Shown one piece after another: positions 16,739 through 25,473 of a stretch of 32,000 nucleotides of DNA. Under the pieces are notes generated by a model. That model was given only the letters and a program-made list of their open reading frames with translations. It searched no databases and had not been told where the DNA came from. Each line of letters starts with the position of its first letter. Position 1 is the first letter of the stretch. The stretch is from Candidatus Jordarchaeales archaeon (GTDB lineage Archaea; Asgardarchaeota; Jordiarchaeia; Jordiarchaeales; Freyrarchaeaceae), in NCBI GenBank assembly GCA_038889235.1, contig JAWAHN010000002.1:44356-76355 (forward strand), read 5' to 3'. Both the position numbers and the translations under genes were made by a program.

Positions 16739-18291
16739 AGTTCCTCCAAGCTGCTAAGGCTTATCCTTCCCTCAGCGAGGTCTGAGAGAATTTTCGGGAC
16801 AAGCTCCGCTTTAACGCGAACCTGTTTCCTAGTATCTCTGCTTCTTAGAGTTACGGTGTTATCTTCAATGGTCTGGTAGTCCACGGTTACGCAGACAGGT
16901 ACTCCTATTTCGTCCGCCCTAGCATATCTCTTCCCTATGCTCCCTCTATCATCGTATTCGACGAAGATCCCGCTTTTTCTAATGTTTCTAAACAACTCTT
17001 TGGCTTTAGACACTAATGGCTCTTTCTTCATTAATGGAAGGACGAACGCAATTATCGGCGCTATTTCTGGTGGAAATTGGAACCAGCTCCACCCTCTTCC
17101 GTCGTCCTCCCTGTAGCAATGTTCTAGTATGCAGTAGACTATCCTTTCAACGCCAAAAGAGGGCTCAACAACCTCTGGAATCACCTTTTCCCCGTTAAAG
17201 TCAACTGAAAGGTCTTCGCCGCTGTGCTTCATGTGACACTTAAGGTCGTAGTCTGTCCTGTAAGCGTTACCGACAACTTCCTTTACCCCTATGCTCAGCT
17301 CAACTTCAAGATCGAAGTTCCCTCCAGAGTAAAACGGGGTCTCCTCGGGAAGCATGTGTCTGAAGCGGAACTTTTCTCTTGGTATCCCTATTTTTTCGAA
17401 AAACTCCGCCTCCCTAGATAGGTAGTATGCGATGTACGCGTTGGGTACAATCCCCTTCTCGATAGCCTCTTTAACGGTCACCTCGACAACGTCGCCTCCC
17501 TTGATCTGGCTCTCCCTGGTAAGGATCCTAAACTTGGAGTTTGCAACTTCGTTAATCCAAGAGTGATCTTTTGCTTCCTTAGGGTTTATGAAAAGTTCAA
17601 TTTCCATCTGTGTGAACTCGCGTAGACGAATTAAACCCTGCCTAGGAGATATCTCGTTCCTGTACGCTCTTCCTATCTGCGCAATGCCAAACGGAAGCTT
17701 CCCCCTCATGACTTGGAAAACTCTCTTGAAATCTATGAAAATAACTTGGGCTGTTTCAGGCCTTAGAAAAGCCACCTTTCCTCCGAGGGGTCCAACTTCT
17801 GTCCTAAACATCAGGTTGAAAAGGGATACGTCGGAAAGCTCGCCTCCACAGTTTGGGCAACGCAACTTGTTTTCCCGTATGATCCGCGTGAGCTCTTCAA
17901 CACTCGCCCCCTCAACCTTGATTCCCAACTCTTCCTCAATTAAGTGATCCGCCCTCAGCTTTGTTTTACATTTCAAGCAGGAAGTCACCGGGTCAACAAA
18001 TGCCTCAACGTGCCCCGAAGCTGCGAGAACCTCATAGGGAAGTATCGTTGACCCGTTTATCTCGTAGATCGGGAAGTTCGTCTCCTCAATTATGAAAAAC
18101 TTCCGCCAGAAATCAATCAGCCTTTTGACTAGAAGGGTTCCTATTGGGCCGAAATCGTAAAAGCCAGCTACCCCACCATAAATCTCCGCCGTTGGAATTA
18201 CGAAACCCCTGTGGAGCGCTAAGGTCCATACTTTCTCAAACAGAGTTTTCCCCTCAGCGACTTTTTCCACACGCTCCAAATGAAACACCAC
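16729..18291 (-). CDS. glyS: Glycyl-tRNA synthetase (alpha2 type)
   Basis: IYGGVAGFYDFGP, LRPETAQ, FRNE-like YRNEISPRQGLIRLREF, EPSFG, C-terminal anticodon domain. Confidence 0.97.
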   Translation of the reverse strand: MVFHLERVEKVAEGKTLFEKVWTLALHRGFVIPTAEIYGGVAGFYDFGPIGTLLVKRLIDFWRKFFIIEETNFPIYEINGSTILPYEVLAASGHVEAFVDPVTSCLKCKTKLRADHLIEEELGIKVEGASVEELTRIIRENKLRCPNCGGELSDVSLFNLMFRTEVGPLGGKVAFLRPETAQVIFIDFKRVFQVMRGKLPFGIAQIGRAYRNEISPRQGLIRLREFTQMEIELFINPKEAKDHSWINEVANSKFRILTRESQIKGGDVVEVTVKEAIEKGIVPNAYIAYYLSREAEFFEKIGIPREKFRFRHMLPEETPFYSGGNFDLEVELSIGVKEVVGNAYRTDYDLKCHMKHSGEDLSVDFNGEKVIPEVVEPSFGVERIVYCILEHCYREDDGRGWSWFQFPPEIAPIIAFVLPLMKKEPLVSKAKELFRNIRKSGIFVEYDDRGSIGKRYARADEIGVPVCVTVDYQTIEDNTVTLRSRDTRKQVRVKAELVPKILSDLAEGRISLSSLEELQS

Positions 18292-18352
18292 CTAGATTAG
18301 AAGACTGGCACTCGAAAATAATCTACCCTATTAACTCAGTGATGGTGAAAAA

Positions 18353-18493
18353 CTATCTAGCTATAACTTTTTTGGTGACAGGTGGTCTTGTCTTAAATAA
18401 GACGCGTGAACCACACTTACATCTGACTCCCTGTATACTGCTAAGCTCTTCTTCCTTTATCTCTGATCCACACTTCCAACAAACATAGGGCAT
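18353..18493 (-). CDS. rpoP: RNA polymerase subunit Rpo12/P (not in ORF track)
   Basis: MPYVCWKCGSEIKEEELSSIQGVRCKCGSRVLFKTRPPVTKKVIAR; TTTAAA box at 18546-18541. Confidence 0.9.
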   Translation of the reverse strand: MPYVCWKCGSEIKEEELSSIQGVRCKCGSRVLFKTRPPVTKKVIAR

Positions 18494-18571
18494 GGTGCCC
18501 CACCAGCCTGAACACCGTTAACTCCATTCTAACCTCACAATTTAAACCTTACTCAGTCAGCATTCACAACC

Positions 18572-20182
18572 TTACCCCGGCGTTCCTCCGCTGTTACCCA
18601 CTATGACCCCCTCAGTAAGCTTATCCCCTAGCACGTTTGTAATCTTCACCCTAGCTACGTCCCCTATCCTTGCCTTGCCTGAAAGGACAACAATCGGCCC
18701 CTCTCGTAGCGGGTAACCTACGAGTCTACCTTTAAAAATGCCTCTCCCTCTTTCAGCGACCAAAACATCTATTACACTGCCAACAAGCTTTCTCTTCAGA
18801 AGCTTGTTCACCTTTATCACTTCCTGCACTATTAACCCTCCAGCCTTACTCCTTGACGCCGAGGGCGCCTCCCTAAATCCCTCGAAAGCAGACATAGGAA
18901 GCGGCTTAAACCGGTAAACTGTTATCTTTTCCGCCCCCAGCCTTGCTACATCCCTTATCATTTTGGCAGTTTCACGTGCCACTCTAACCGTCTGTCCAGG
19001 AAGACCATGAATGAAATAAACATAGGGGCGAAGGCCTGTTTTAACTGCCGTTTTCACAGCCGCGACTACTTCGCTTGGAGTCGACGGGCGACCTAAGAGG
19101 TAGGCGTGCTTAGCGTTTCCAGTCTCTCCACCTATGTGGATCGTTGAGTTAGGTAGGTATTCCGAGATGATTGACGCAGCTTCTTCAGTTAAAAGGCACG
19201 GCTTGGCGTTCTCAACGCTAATATAAGCTTTTCCCTCAGCGAGATCTTTCAAGTTTGAAAGAAGTTCCTCTATTCGGTCATAGTTTGCTTCTGGCTCGCG
19301 TGGGTCGGTTAGGGGGCCACTAACTTTCTCATCTCTGTGAAAATCTAGGAAGCAGCTTGCTCCAAGGTATATTCTTTTCACGCCTTGCTCAAGGAGCCCC
19401 TCAACCTCCACTAATACGCTTTCTATCTCCCTACTCCTTGGTGGTCCATACACGTTTGGCACAGAGCAGTAACCGCACCCTGGCGGTATATTGACTGGGC
19501 ACGTAAGTCTATCTTTTAGAGATTTGCTTGTGCACCGTCCGCACTCAATGCACTTCCTTCCATCCGGCAACTGTATCCTAGTTCTGTAGAAGTTCGAGCA
19601 CCCTCTAACGCACCAAACGTAAACTCTGGCAACCGTGTAGAGAGGGTAGTCTTTTATGTGCTTGACTGATGGCTCCCATCGCCCCGTCGTTCGCCGGACA
19701 CCGGAACTGAAGAAGCCGGTGGTCCTAGAAGCAAAGCTGACACCCGGTATCCTTCTCAGCTCTTCTTCGTCTGGGAGAACTCCATCAGACAAGCCTCTCC
19801 TAAACAAGTCTGCAACAGTGTCTTCAGCTTCACCCACCAGAACTAGGTCATAACCTGCATCGAGGAGTTTCTTTGCCTCGAGAGATGCGGGGCCGCCTGC
19901 TATGCAAACTCCGTCGCTCCAACGCCTCCAAAGTCCTGCAATTTTCGCCATAGCGGGGATATCCATGCTCATTCCACCGCACATCAAAACATCAAACTCT
20001 GAGAGTTTGGGCCCAGCTCCAAAGAAAACTTCCGGGACCATTATTCTAACATCTGCTCCTAACTCTTCCAAGACGCCAGCTATCGCTCGTGCACCACTCC
20101 CTATCACATCTCTTGCAAGCCCCCTAATCCCACTACCAGCACCCGTAGCATCGACAAGCAAGAAACGGGTCACTGCTGGCAC
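18572..20182 (-). CDS. B12-binding radical SAM protein with C-terminal TRAM domain
   Basis: N-terminal cobalamin-binding-like region (CIAGGP...VLVGEAE); split motif RGC...GCGYC; YFIHGLPGQT; TRAM-like C-terminus (IDVLV...IGDVARVKIT). Confidence 0.72.
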   Translation of the reverse strand: MPAVTRFLLVDATGAGSGIRGLARDVIGSGARAIAGVLEELGADVRIMVPEVFFGAGPKLSEFDVLMCGGMSMDIPAMAKIAGLWRRWSDGVCIAGGPASLEAKKLLDAGYDLVLVGEAEDTVADLFRRGLSDGVLPDEEELRRIPGVSFASRTTGFFSSGVRRTTGRWEPSVKHIKDYPLYTVARVYVWCVRGCSNFYRTRIQLPDGRKCIECGRCTSKSLKDRLTCPVNIPPGCGYCSVPNVYGPPRSREIESVLVEVEGLLEQGVKRIYLGASCFLDFHRDEKVSGPLTDPREPEANYDRIEELLSNLKDLAEGKAYISVENAKPCLLTEEAASIISEYLPNSTIHIGGETGNAKHAYLLGRPSTPSEVVAAVKTAVKTGLRPYVYFIHGLPGQTVRVARETAKMIRDVARLGAEKITVYRFKPLPMSAFEGFREAPSASRSKAGGLIVQEVIKVNKLLKRKLVGSVIDVLVAERGRGIFKGRLVGYPLREGPIVVLSGKARIGDVARVKITNVLGDKLTEGVIVGNSGGTPG

Positions 20183-20468
20183 CTAGCCTCCAAGCATTTT
20201 TCCCTTTCCATACCAAGGAATTACCGAGCTCTAAAGATTTCCGCTAAAACCGTTTCAAAACACCGAAGAGAGTTGGTTAAACGCGATACGCTGCCGCTCG
20301 TTGCGGAGGGAGTCACGCCTCTTCAACAATAAAGCGCCTCAACAACTAGTAACCTCTTAAGGCAAAATTTATTAGAAGGGCACAATCATCTACATTGAAT
20401 CAAGCAATTCCATCCTCAAATTTTCCTGGGTGGTTTAACGCTGGGGGGTTTCTTTAGTGCGAGAGAGC

Positions 20469-23072
20469 ATGAGTACTGTTGAAGCAATAAGGTTGGCTGA
20501 CTTCTCCGTCCTTGGGTGTTCTATTGACAAGGATGCTTTCGGCTTCTCTGTAGGTCCTCTGGGTCTCAGCGGCCGTGACGCTAGAATGCTTGCGTCAAAA
20601 GTGGCAGAAGCGATACACATGCTCAACAGCCTGCTCTTGGAGGAAAGCGGAGTTAAACTGAAGTACGCTGAGTTCGAATTAACAAGTAGAGAAAGAGGGA
20701 ATTTTCCCGAAGCCATGGTTCTGGTCACAGGCGGCGAAGAGGAAGCCTCAAACTTCATGATGCTTCTGGAGCACGAGAAAGGGCTTGTCGACGTTTTCAA
20801 GTTAATGGATGTTGCCGACGAGATCCTAAACAAGTTAAGCGATGTAAAGCTCGCATGTAAAGCCTCCGGGCTTAGTGAAAACGACGAGAAAAATGTGATA
20901 CAGAAGTTTGTAGAAAGGTTTGCGAGGAAAATGTACGCTGAGGTTTCACAAAGAAAGTACAGGGAAAAATACGCGAGAGACCTTTTAACCCACCTGAATA
21001 TAACGAGTGGTTTGACCGTTGAGGGGAGGCTTGAAACGGACTACAGCGCAAAAGAACCAAGGTATAACTTACTAGTAGAAAAAACATCCCTGGAGCCGGT
21101 TGCCGGAAACTTAGAGTACCTTGAAAGCTTTATATTCACTAAGACAGCTCTCGAAGTGCTCGCCAACGATGTTGCCCTCATTGGGGCAAAAATTCTTTCG
21201 CTCATTAATGATTACACCCTAGACGAAGTTGAAGACGGTGTTGTAACACGCTTAGCCGACGCCTTTTGGTCCCGCGTTAAACTAGGATCTCAAAGCTTAG
21301 AGGAACTACTGGAGGAAGTAAAGTCATTTATGGATGAAGCGAGGAACGCGTTAGACTCAGTGAAAAAAGGAATTGACTCTATATTGTACGCGGGGGAAAG
21401 AAAACAAATAGAAAAGCATTTAGAATCCATTAACGAGACTGGCTTAGCCTCGTGTTTTAAAGAAGTATTGGTTGCCTTCCTTTCAAGAAAGGCTTCTAGT
21501 GAGGATGTATGGGGCTGGCAGCTTAAAGAAGAACTCACATATTTCTTAGACCATGCTGAAAGAGGGTTGAAAAACTTCGAAAGAGCCACATCTGCTTTCA
21601 TATTTGCGAGCGCCGAAAAAAGGGCAGTTAAAGACATTCTCTCGGACTATATCAGGCAAATTGTAGATCCGGTGCGAAAAACGATACTAAACGTTTACCT
21701 CGAAAAAACGGGAAAAATGCTAGAAAATTTCATAGAAGAAAGAAGCTTAACTGTCCCCCTAAAATGGGACGTGAATACCCTAAAAAGCAGGATCAAAGAC
21801 GACCTTTCACTTCACTTAGAGCTTAGGTTCCGTCTTCCACTAGTCGAGTTGCTTAATATAGCTTTCAGTAGTACTTTACTCGAAGTGGGCTCCGAAACAC
21901 GGGAGGCTATTGAAGAAACTTATCGAGAGATTAAGGAATACGTCTCCGAAGTAGTCCCGGGGCTTGCTGACTATCTTCTCAGCCACAACGTCCTGAAAGT
22001 TTTCCTAGAACAAAATCGGGACGTCAACTCTCCTGAACTTTTCTCCCAAAGATATTTCGATTTCATATCGAGCGACGTGAAAGAGTACCCGAAATGGGAA
22101 AAAATGGCTAAAATCTGGCTTGAATCGTTCCCCTCCAGCGTCAAAGGGGCGGTTGACGTGTGCAAGCTGGCAGCGGAGTTCGTGAAGTTCATAAATAAGC
22201 TCAGAGACGAAGGCACTTCCACGGAAAAAGCTAGAGAGCTGATTGAACTAAAAATCAAGATGTACCAGGAAAGGGTGGAGGAGCTTACAAAAAAGCTCTC
22301 AGAGCTTGATATGAAAAAGATAAGCATTGAGAAACAAATAGACGTCCTACAGTCCCAGCTAAGCTCTACAGAACTCATGGAAAGAAACTTGAAAATAGAC
22401 TACAGCGTCAACATAGCAAGTCTTCAAGAACTAAGAAAAACACTAGAAGCGAAAAAAGCAGAACTAAAAGAAATAGAGCAGAAAGCAGTGGAAGCCGCCG
22501 AAGCATCCATCCTAGAAAGAAAAAGCACACTGGAAAAAGAGATAAAAGAAATTGCTGAAAGGTCGCAGTGCTTGCTCTCCGAAATTGAAAGGATAGACAG
22601 AGAGTTAAACGAAGTAGCAAACTCTAAAGAAAGGTTTAAAGATGCTTTAAAGCAACTCCATGCGCATCTCGAAGAAATGGCGAACCAAATAGCAACAGTT
22701 AACGCTGAGATAGAAAAGGAAGAGACGCTCAGAAAAGCGCACCTAAAGTTCCTCGAAAGATACCTACACGTTTTAGAGGAAGAGTTCTTCTTGTCTCACG
22801 TGTTAAAAAACGAGGTGCTCGCCTTCGCACGGGATAAAATCGCGTCACTGCATGCATCAATTACCCTAGATGAGGGATTCCTCAACGAGTTTAAGGATTA
22901 CGCCAGACGTTTGTTTCTTAAGTCTTTCAGCCGCGTGCAGTTGAAGCCACTAAGGCTACTACTCTTAAGCACCGAGAGAAAAGACCTCAACTACGTGGTG
23001 ATGTACAACTATCCAACTGATAACTCTTTCAGAATGATCATAGGAAACAACTTTCTGTCCTTAAAGGAGTAA
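20469..23072 (+). CDS. Hypothetical ~870-aa protein with ~180-aa coiled coil
   Basis: Long uninterrupted ORF with E/K/L-rich coding bias; heptad-rich segment around residues 595-775; no recognisable catalytic motif. Confidence 0.85.
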   Translation: MSTVEAIRLADFSVLGCSIDKDAFGFSVGPLGLSGRDARMLASKVAEAIHMLNSLLLEESGVKLKYAEFELTSRERGNFPEAMVLVTGGEEEASNFMMLLEHEKGLVDVFKLMDVADEILNKLSDVKLACKASGLSENDEKNVIQKFVERFARKMYAEVSQRKYREKYARDLLTHLNITSGLTVEGRLETDYSAKEPRYNLLVEKTSLEPVAGNLEYLESFIFTKTALEVLANDVALIGAKILSLINDYTLDEVEDGVVTRLADAFWSRVKLGSQSLEELLEEVKSFMDEARNALDSVKKGIDSILYAGERKQIEKHLESINETGLASCFKEVLVAFLSRKASSEDVWGWQLKEELTYFLDHAERGLKNFERATSAFIFASAEKRAVKDILSDYIRQIVDPVRKTILNVYLEKTGKMLENFIEERSLTVPLKWDVNTLKSRIKDDLSLHLELRFRLPLVELLNIAFSSTLLEVGSETREAIEETYREIKEYVSEVVPGLADYLLSHNVLKVFLEQNRDVNSPELFSQRYFDFISSDVKEYPKWEKMAKIWLESFPSSVKGAVDVCKLAAEFVKFINKLRDEGTSTEKARELIELKIKMYQERVEELTKKLSELDMKKISIEKQIDVLQSQLSSTELMERNLKIDYSVNIASLQELRKTLEAKKAELKEIEQKAVEAAEASILERKSTLEKEIKEIAERSQCLLSEIERIDRELNEVANSKERFKDALKQLHAHLEEMANQIATVNAEIEKEETLRKAHLKFLERYLHVLEEEFFLSHVLKNEVLAFARDKIASLHASITLDEGFLNEFKDYARRLFLKSFSRVQLKPLRLLLLSTERKDLNYVVMYNYPTDNSFRMIIGNNFLSLKE

Positions 23073-23089
23073 AGGGGGGCAATTTTTCT

Positions 23090-25459
23090 ATGGATGTCCC
23101 GATACAAAAAGACGTTTTGAGGGAAGTCGCGCCTGGGTTTGCCGTAAGGAGGGCACTAAGCAGCTTTCTGGTTTCAAGGCCCAATTGGCCTCAAATTACC
23201 AAAATAGCCGGAGAACGGGCAAGCATACAGGACTTTGTTAAAGCGGCAATGGCCGCGTACATTTACAATTACATCGGAGTACGCACTATACCCCTAGAAT
23301 CGGAAGAAGCCGCATCTAAAGAGGCCGCTGAAAAAGAGGCCAAAGATCTTTTTGCAGAGATAACCAAGATTCTAAAAGACAGCTTTCAAAAAGACGTACA
23401 AATTCTTGAGAAGAAAACTCTCCTCGAATTGGCTGCTCTAAAGGCTAAGCTCTCCCAGAAGGAAGGAGAGGTTGAAGAGCTCGTCTTAAGCTACTTAAAT
23501 GATGTCCTTGCGCGCTTCTCTAAAACATATTTGGTAGATTTCTTAGGGGATTTGTTAGGTGTCTCGTATAGGTTTAGGTCAGAATTTATCAAGATGACAT
23601 ATGGATTAAAGCCGTCATCGATAGACGTAGAGGAGGAAGTAAAGAAGCCGCATGAGGAAGAATGCGTGGAAATAGCAACTCACTTAAGGGTCAAGAAGGA
23701 GTTAATGCTAAAGGAAGATGAAAAAACGCTGGAGGCTAAGGAACTTAAACAATTAGCGAAAAAAGTAGCGTCGCACGTTTCAAGTCGCATACCAAAGGAT
23801 GAAACTGATCTGAAATTCTACATTGAAGTTTACGAGTTAAAGCTTCAACTCTTAAAAGTACTCGAAGAATATACGTCCAAGAAGGCTGAGCTAGCTGAAA
23901 TTATCGACAAACTCTCTGAAAAAATTCTCACATACTTGAAGAAAAAGGCTCACGAAAGAACAGTTTTCCGAAAAGTGGTCTCACTGCTCGCCGGATATCG
24001 CACAGAAGAAGAACTAAAGATAAACCTTGACGGCGTCATGATGGCTCTCTCAGAAAATGAGAGCTACAAAAGTGTTAAAAACAAGCTCGAGGAGCTCGGA
24101 ATTGATAAGAAGGAGCTCGTATTCCTCATCGAACGATATAGAAGGCTCGAAAAAATCGAAGACGTACTACTTAACAAGGTCATCCCACGGCTTAGAGGAA
24201 GAGGATACGCTATACAGAAGGTCAGCCTAGATATCTTTGCGCTTCCACCAAACAAACTAAGCGGCTTAGACGAGCTCATATTGAAGGAAGTTAAAAACTA
24301 CGTATCCCCTCCACCGCCAGAAGAATTCAAGCTACTGTTAGAAAACAAGGCTTTACTAGAAAAGGTATTAGAGGCAGCCGGCTTCTCCGACGTTAACACG
24401 TTAAAAGCAATACTTGAAGCTGAAGCCTCGCTGGAAGAGGTAACTAGGGAAGTAATTAGTAGCATATTCTTTGAATGCATGGCTCACGCTTCGCGTGTAG
24501 TGGAGCTATACAATAGAGCTAAGAGGGATGGAGAGCGCTTCAAAATCCTCTTTAAAATCATAAATGATGAGAAAGACGAAAACATAAGGTGCATGAAAGA
24601 AGAACTGTTAGTCGACCTATTACTGCAGAGGTGTAAGGAAATACATGAAGTCTTCCCCGAACTAACCCTGAAGGACATTTACGGATTCATTTGGGCTAGA
24701 CAAATAAACAAAACGCTAAACGATGCTGTAAAAGAGCTAGAAAGCACGGCAAGTCCGCTATTCGCGGGAGTTACCGAAGCTAAATTGAACTTCGACGCGC
24801 TCCCCCTGATGAGCTACTCAGCGGCATTTGACATCTCGCAAAGATATTTAGAATATGGCAGAGAGCAAATGGAAGCCATCCAAAGAGCTAGGGAAAAAGA
24901 GGTTGAAGCAAAAGAAAGGATTAAGAAAGAAGTCTATGAGAAGATTGAACCCACCGGATTACTTGAAAAGAAGCTCACAGTAGCATTAAAGGCGCCAGTA
25001 AGTGTAGCGAAGGCCGAGTTAGAGTGGAGCGAGAGCGACACGAGAAAACTGGAGGCGATGAGCAAAATATTCGTGAGGACTGAAATCGGGAAAAAGATCT
25101 GCCCTAATTGTGCTGTAGAAGTTAAAGATAACTCGTGCCCGGAGCATGGCTATATAGAACCAGTGGTGATGGGATCGTTGGAAGCTCTTGCTAAATTCTA
25201 CTTCCTCTCACTTAAGATCATAAGAGACTTAACCGAGCAGAAAGTGAGAACGAAGATCGGAGAAATCACATTCAGAGACGCGCTGAGGACCGTTAAATCG
25301 ATATTCTTAGAGTTAAAGATGAAAGGAAAGCTTTCACCTAAAAGCACGGAAAAGATGGTAGTAGAAGGAGACTTGGATCGTTATTTGATACCCGAAATAG
25401 CGAACAAAATAGCAGAAGAATATGCCAAAGCTGTAGGGTACATTAGGAAGCTCAAGTGA
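23090..25459 (+). CDS. Hypothetical 789-aa mostly helical protein with CxxC-x9-CxxH Zn finger
   Basis: Long ORF; CPNCAVEVKDNSCPEHG near the C-terminus; 17 nt after the previous stop. Confidence 0.85.
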   Translation: MDVPIQKDVLREVAPGFAVRRALSSFLVSRPNWPQITKIAGERASIQDFVKAAMAAYIYNYIGVRTIPLESEEAASKEAAEKEAKDLFAEITKILKDSFQKDVQILEKKTLLELAALKAKLSQKEGEVEELVLSYLNDVLARFSKTYLVDFLGDLLGVSYRFRSEFIKMTYGLKPSSIDVEEEVKKPHEEECVEIATHLRVKKELMLKEDEKTLEAKELKQLAKKVASHVSSRIPKDETDLKFYIEVYELKLQLLKVLEEYTSKKAELAEIIDKLSEKILTYLKKKAHERTVFRKVVSLLAGYRTEEELKINLDGVMMALSENESYKSVKNKLEELGIDKKELVFLIERYRRLEKIEDVLLNKVIPRLRGRGYAIQKVSLDIFALPPNKLSGLDELILKEVKNYVSPPPPEEFKLLLENKALLEKVLEAAGFSDVNTLKAILEAEASLEEVTREVISSIFFECMAHASRVVELYNRAKRDGERFKILFKIINDEKDENIRCMKEELLVDLLLQRCKEIHEVFPELTLKDIYGFIWARQINKTLNDAVKELESTASPLFAGVTEAKLNFDALPLMSYSAAFDISQRYLEYGREQMEAIQRAREKEVEAKERIKKEVYEKIEPTGLLEKKLTVALKAPVSVAKAELEWSESDTRKLEAMSKIFVRTEIGKKICPNCAVEVKDNSCPEHGYIEPVVMGSLEALAKFYFLSLKIIRDLTEQKVRTKIGEITFRDALRTVKSIFLELKMKGKLSPKSTEKMVVEGDLDRYLIPEIANKIAEEYAKAVGYIRKLK

Positions 25460-25473
25460 GAATAGGTGGTCTC

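Noticed and set aside
20186-20456. 270-nt intergenic region as an ncRNA or small gene
   Set aside because: Only 4-bp stems and a weak CGCCTC repeat; no ORF with SD; consistent with divergent promoters.
22408-22620. 70-aa L/F-rich minus-strand ORF resembling a membrane peptide
   Set aside because: Reverse complement of the GAA/AAA-rich coiled-coil coding region.
20469-23072. SMC/Rad50 call for the coiled-coil protein
   Set aside because: No Walker A/B, signature motif, hinge or CxxC hook is visible.
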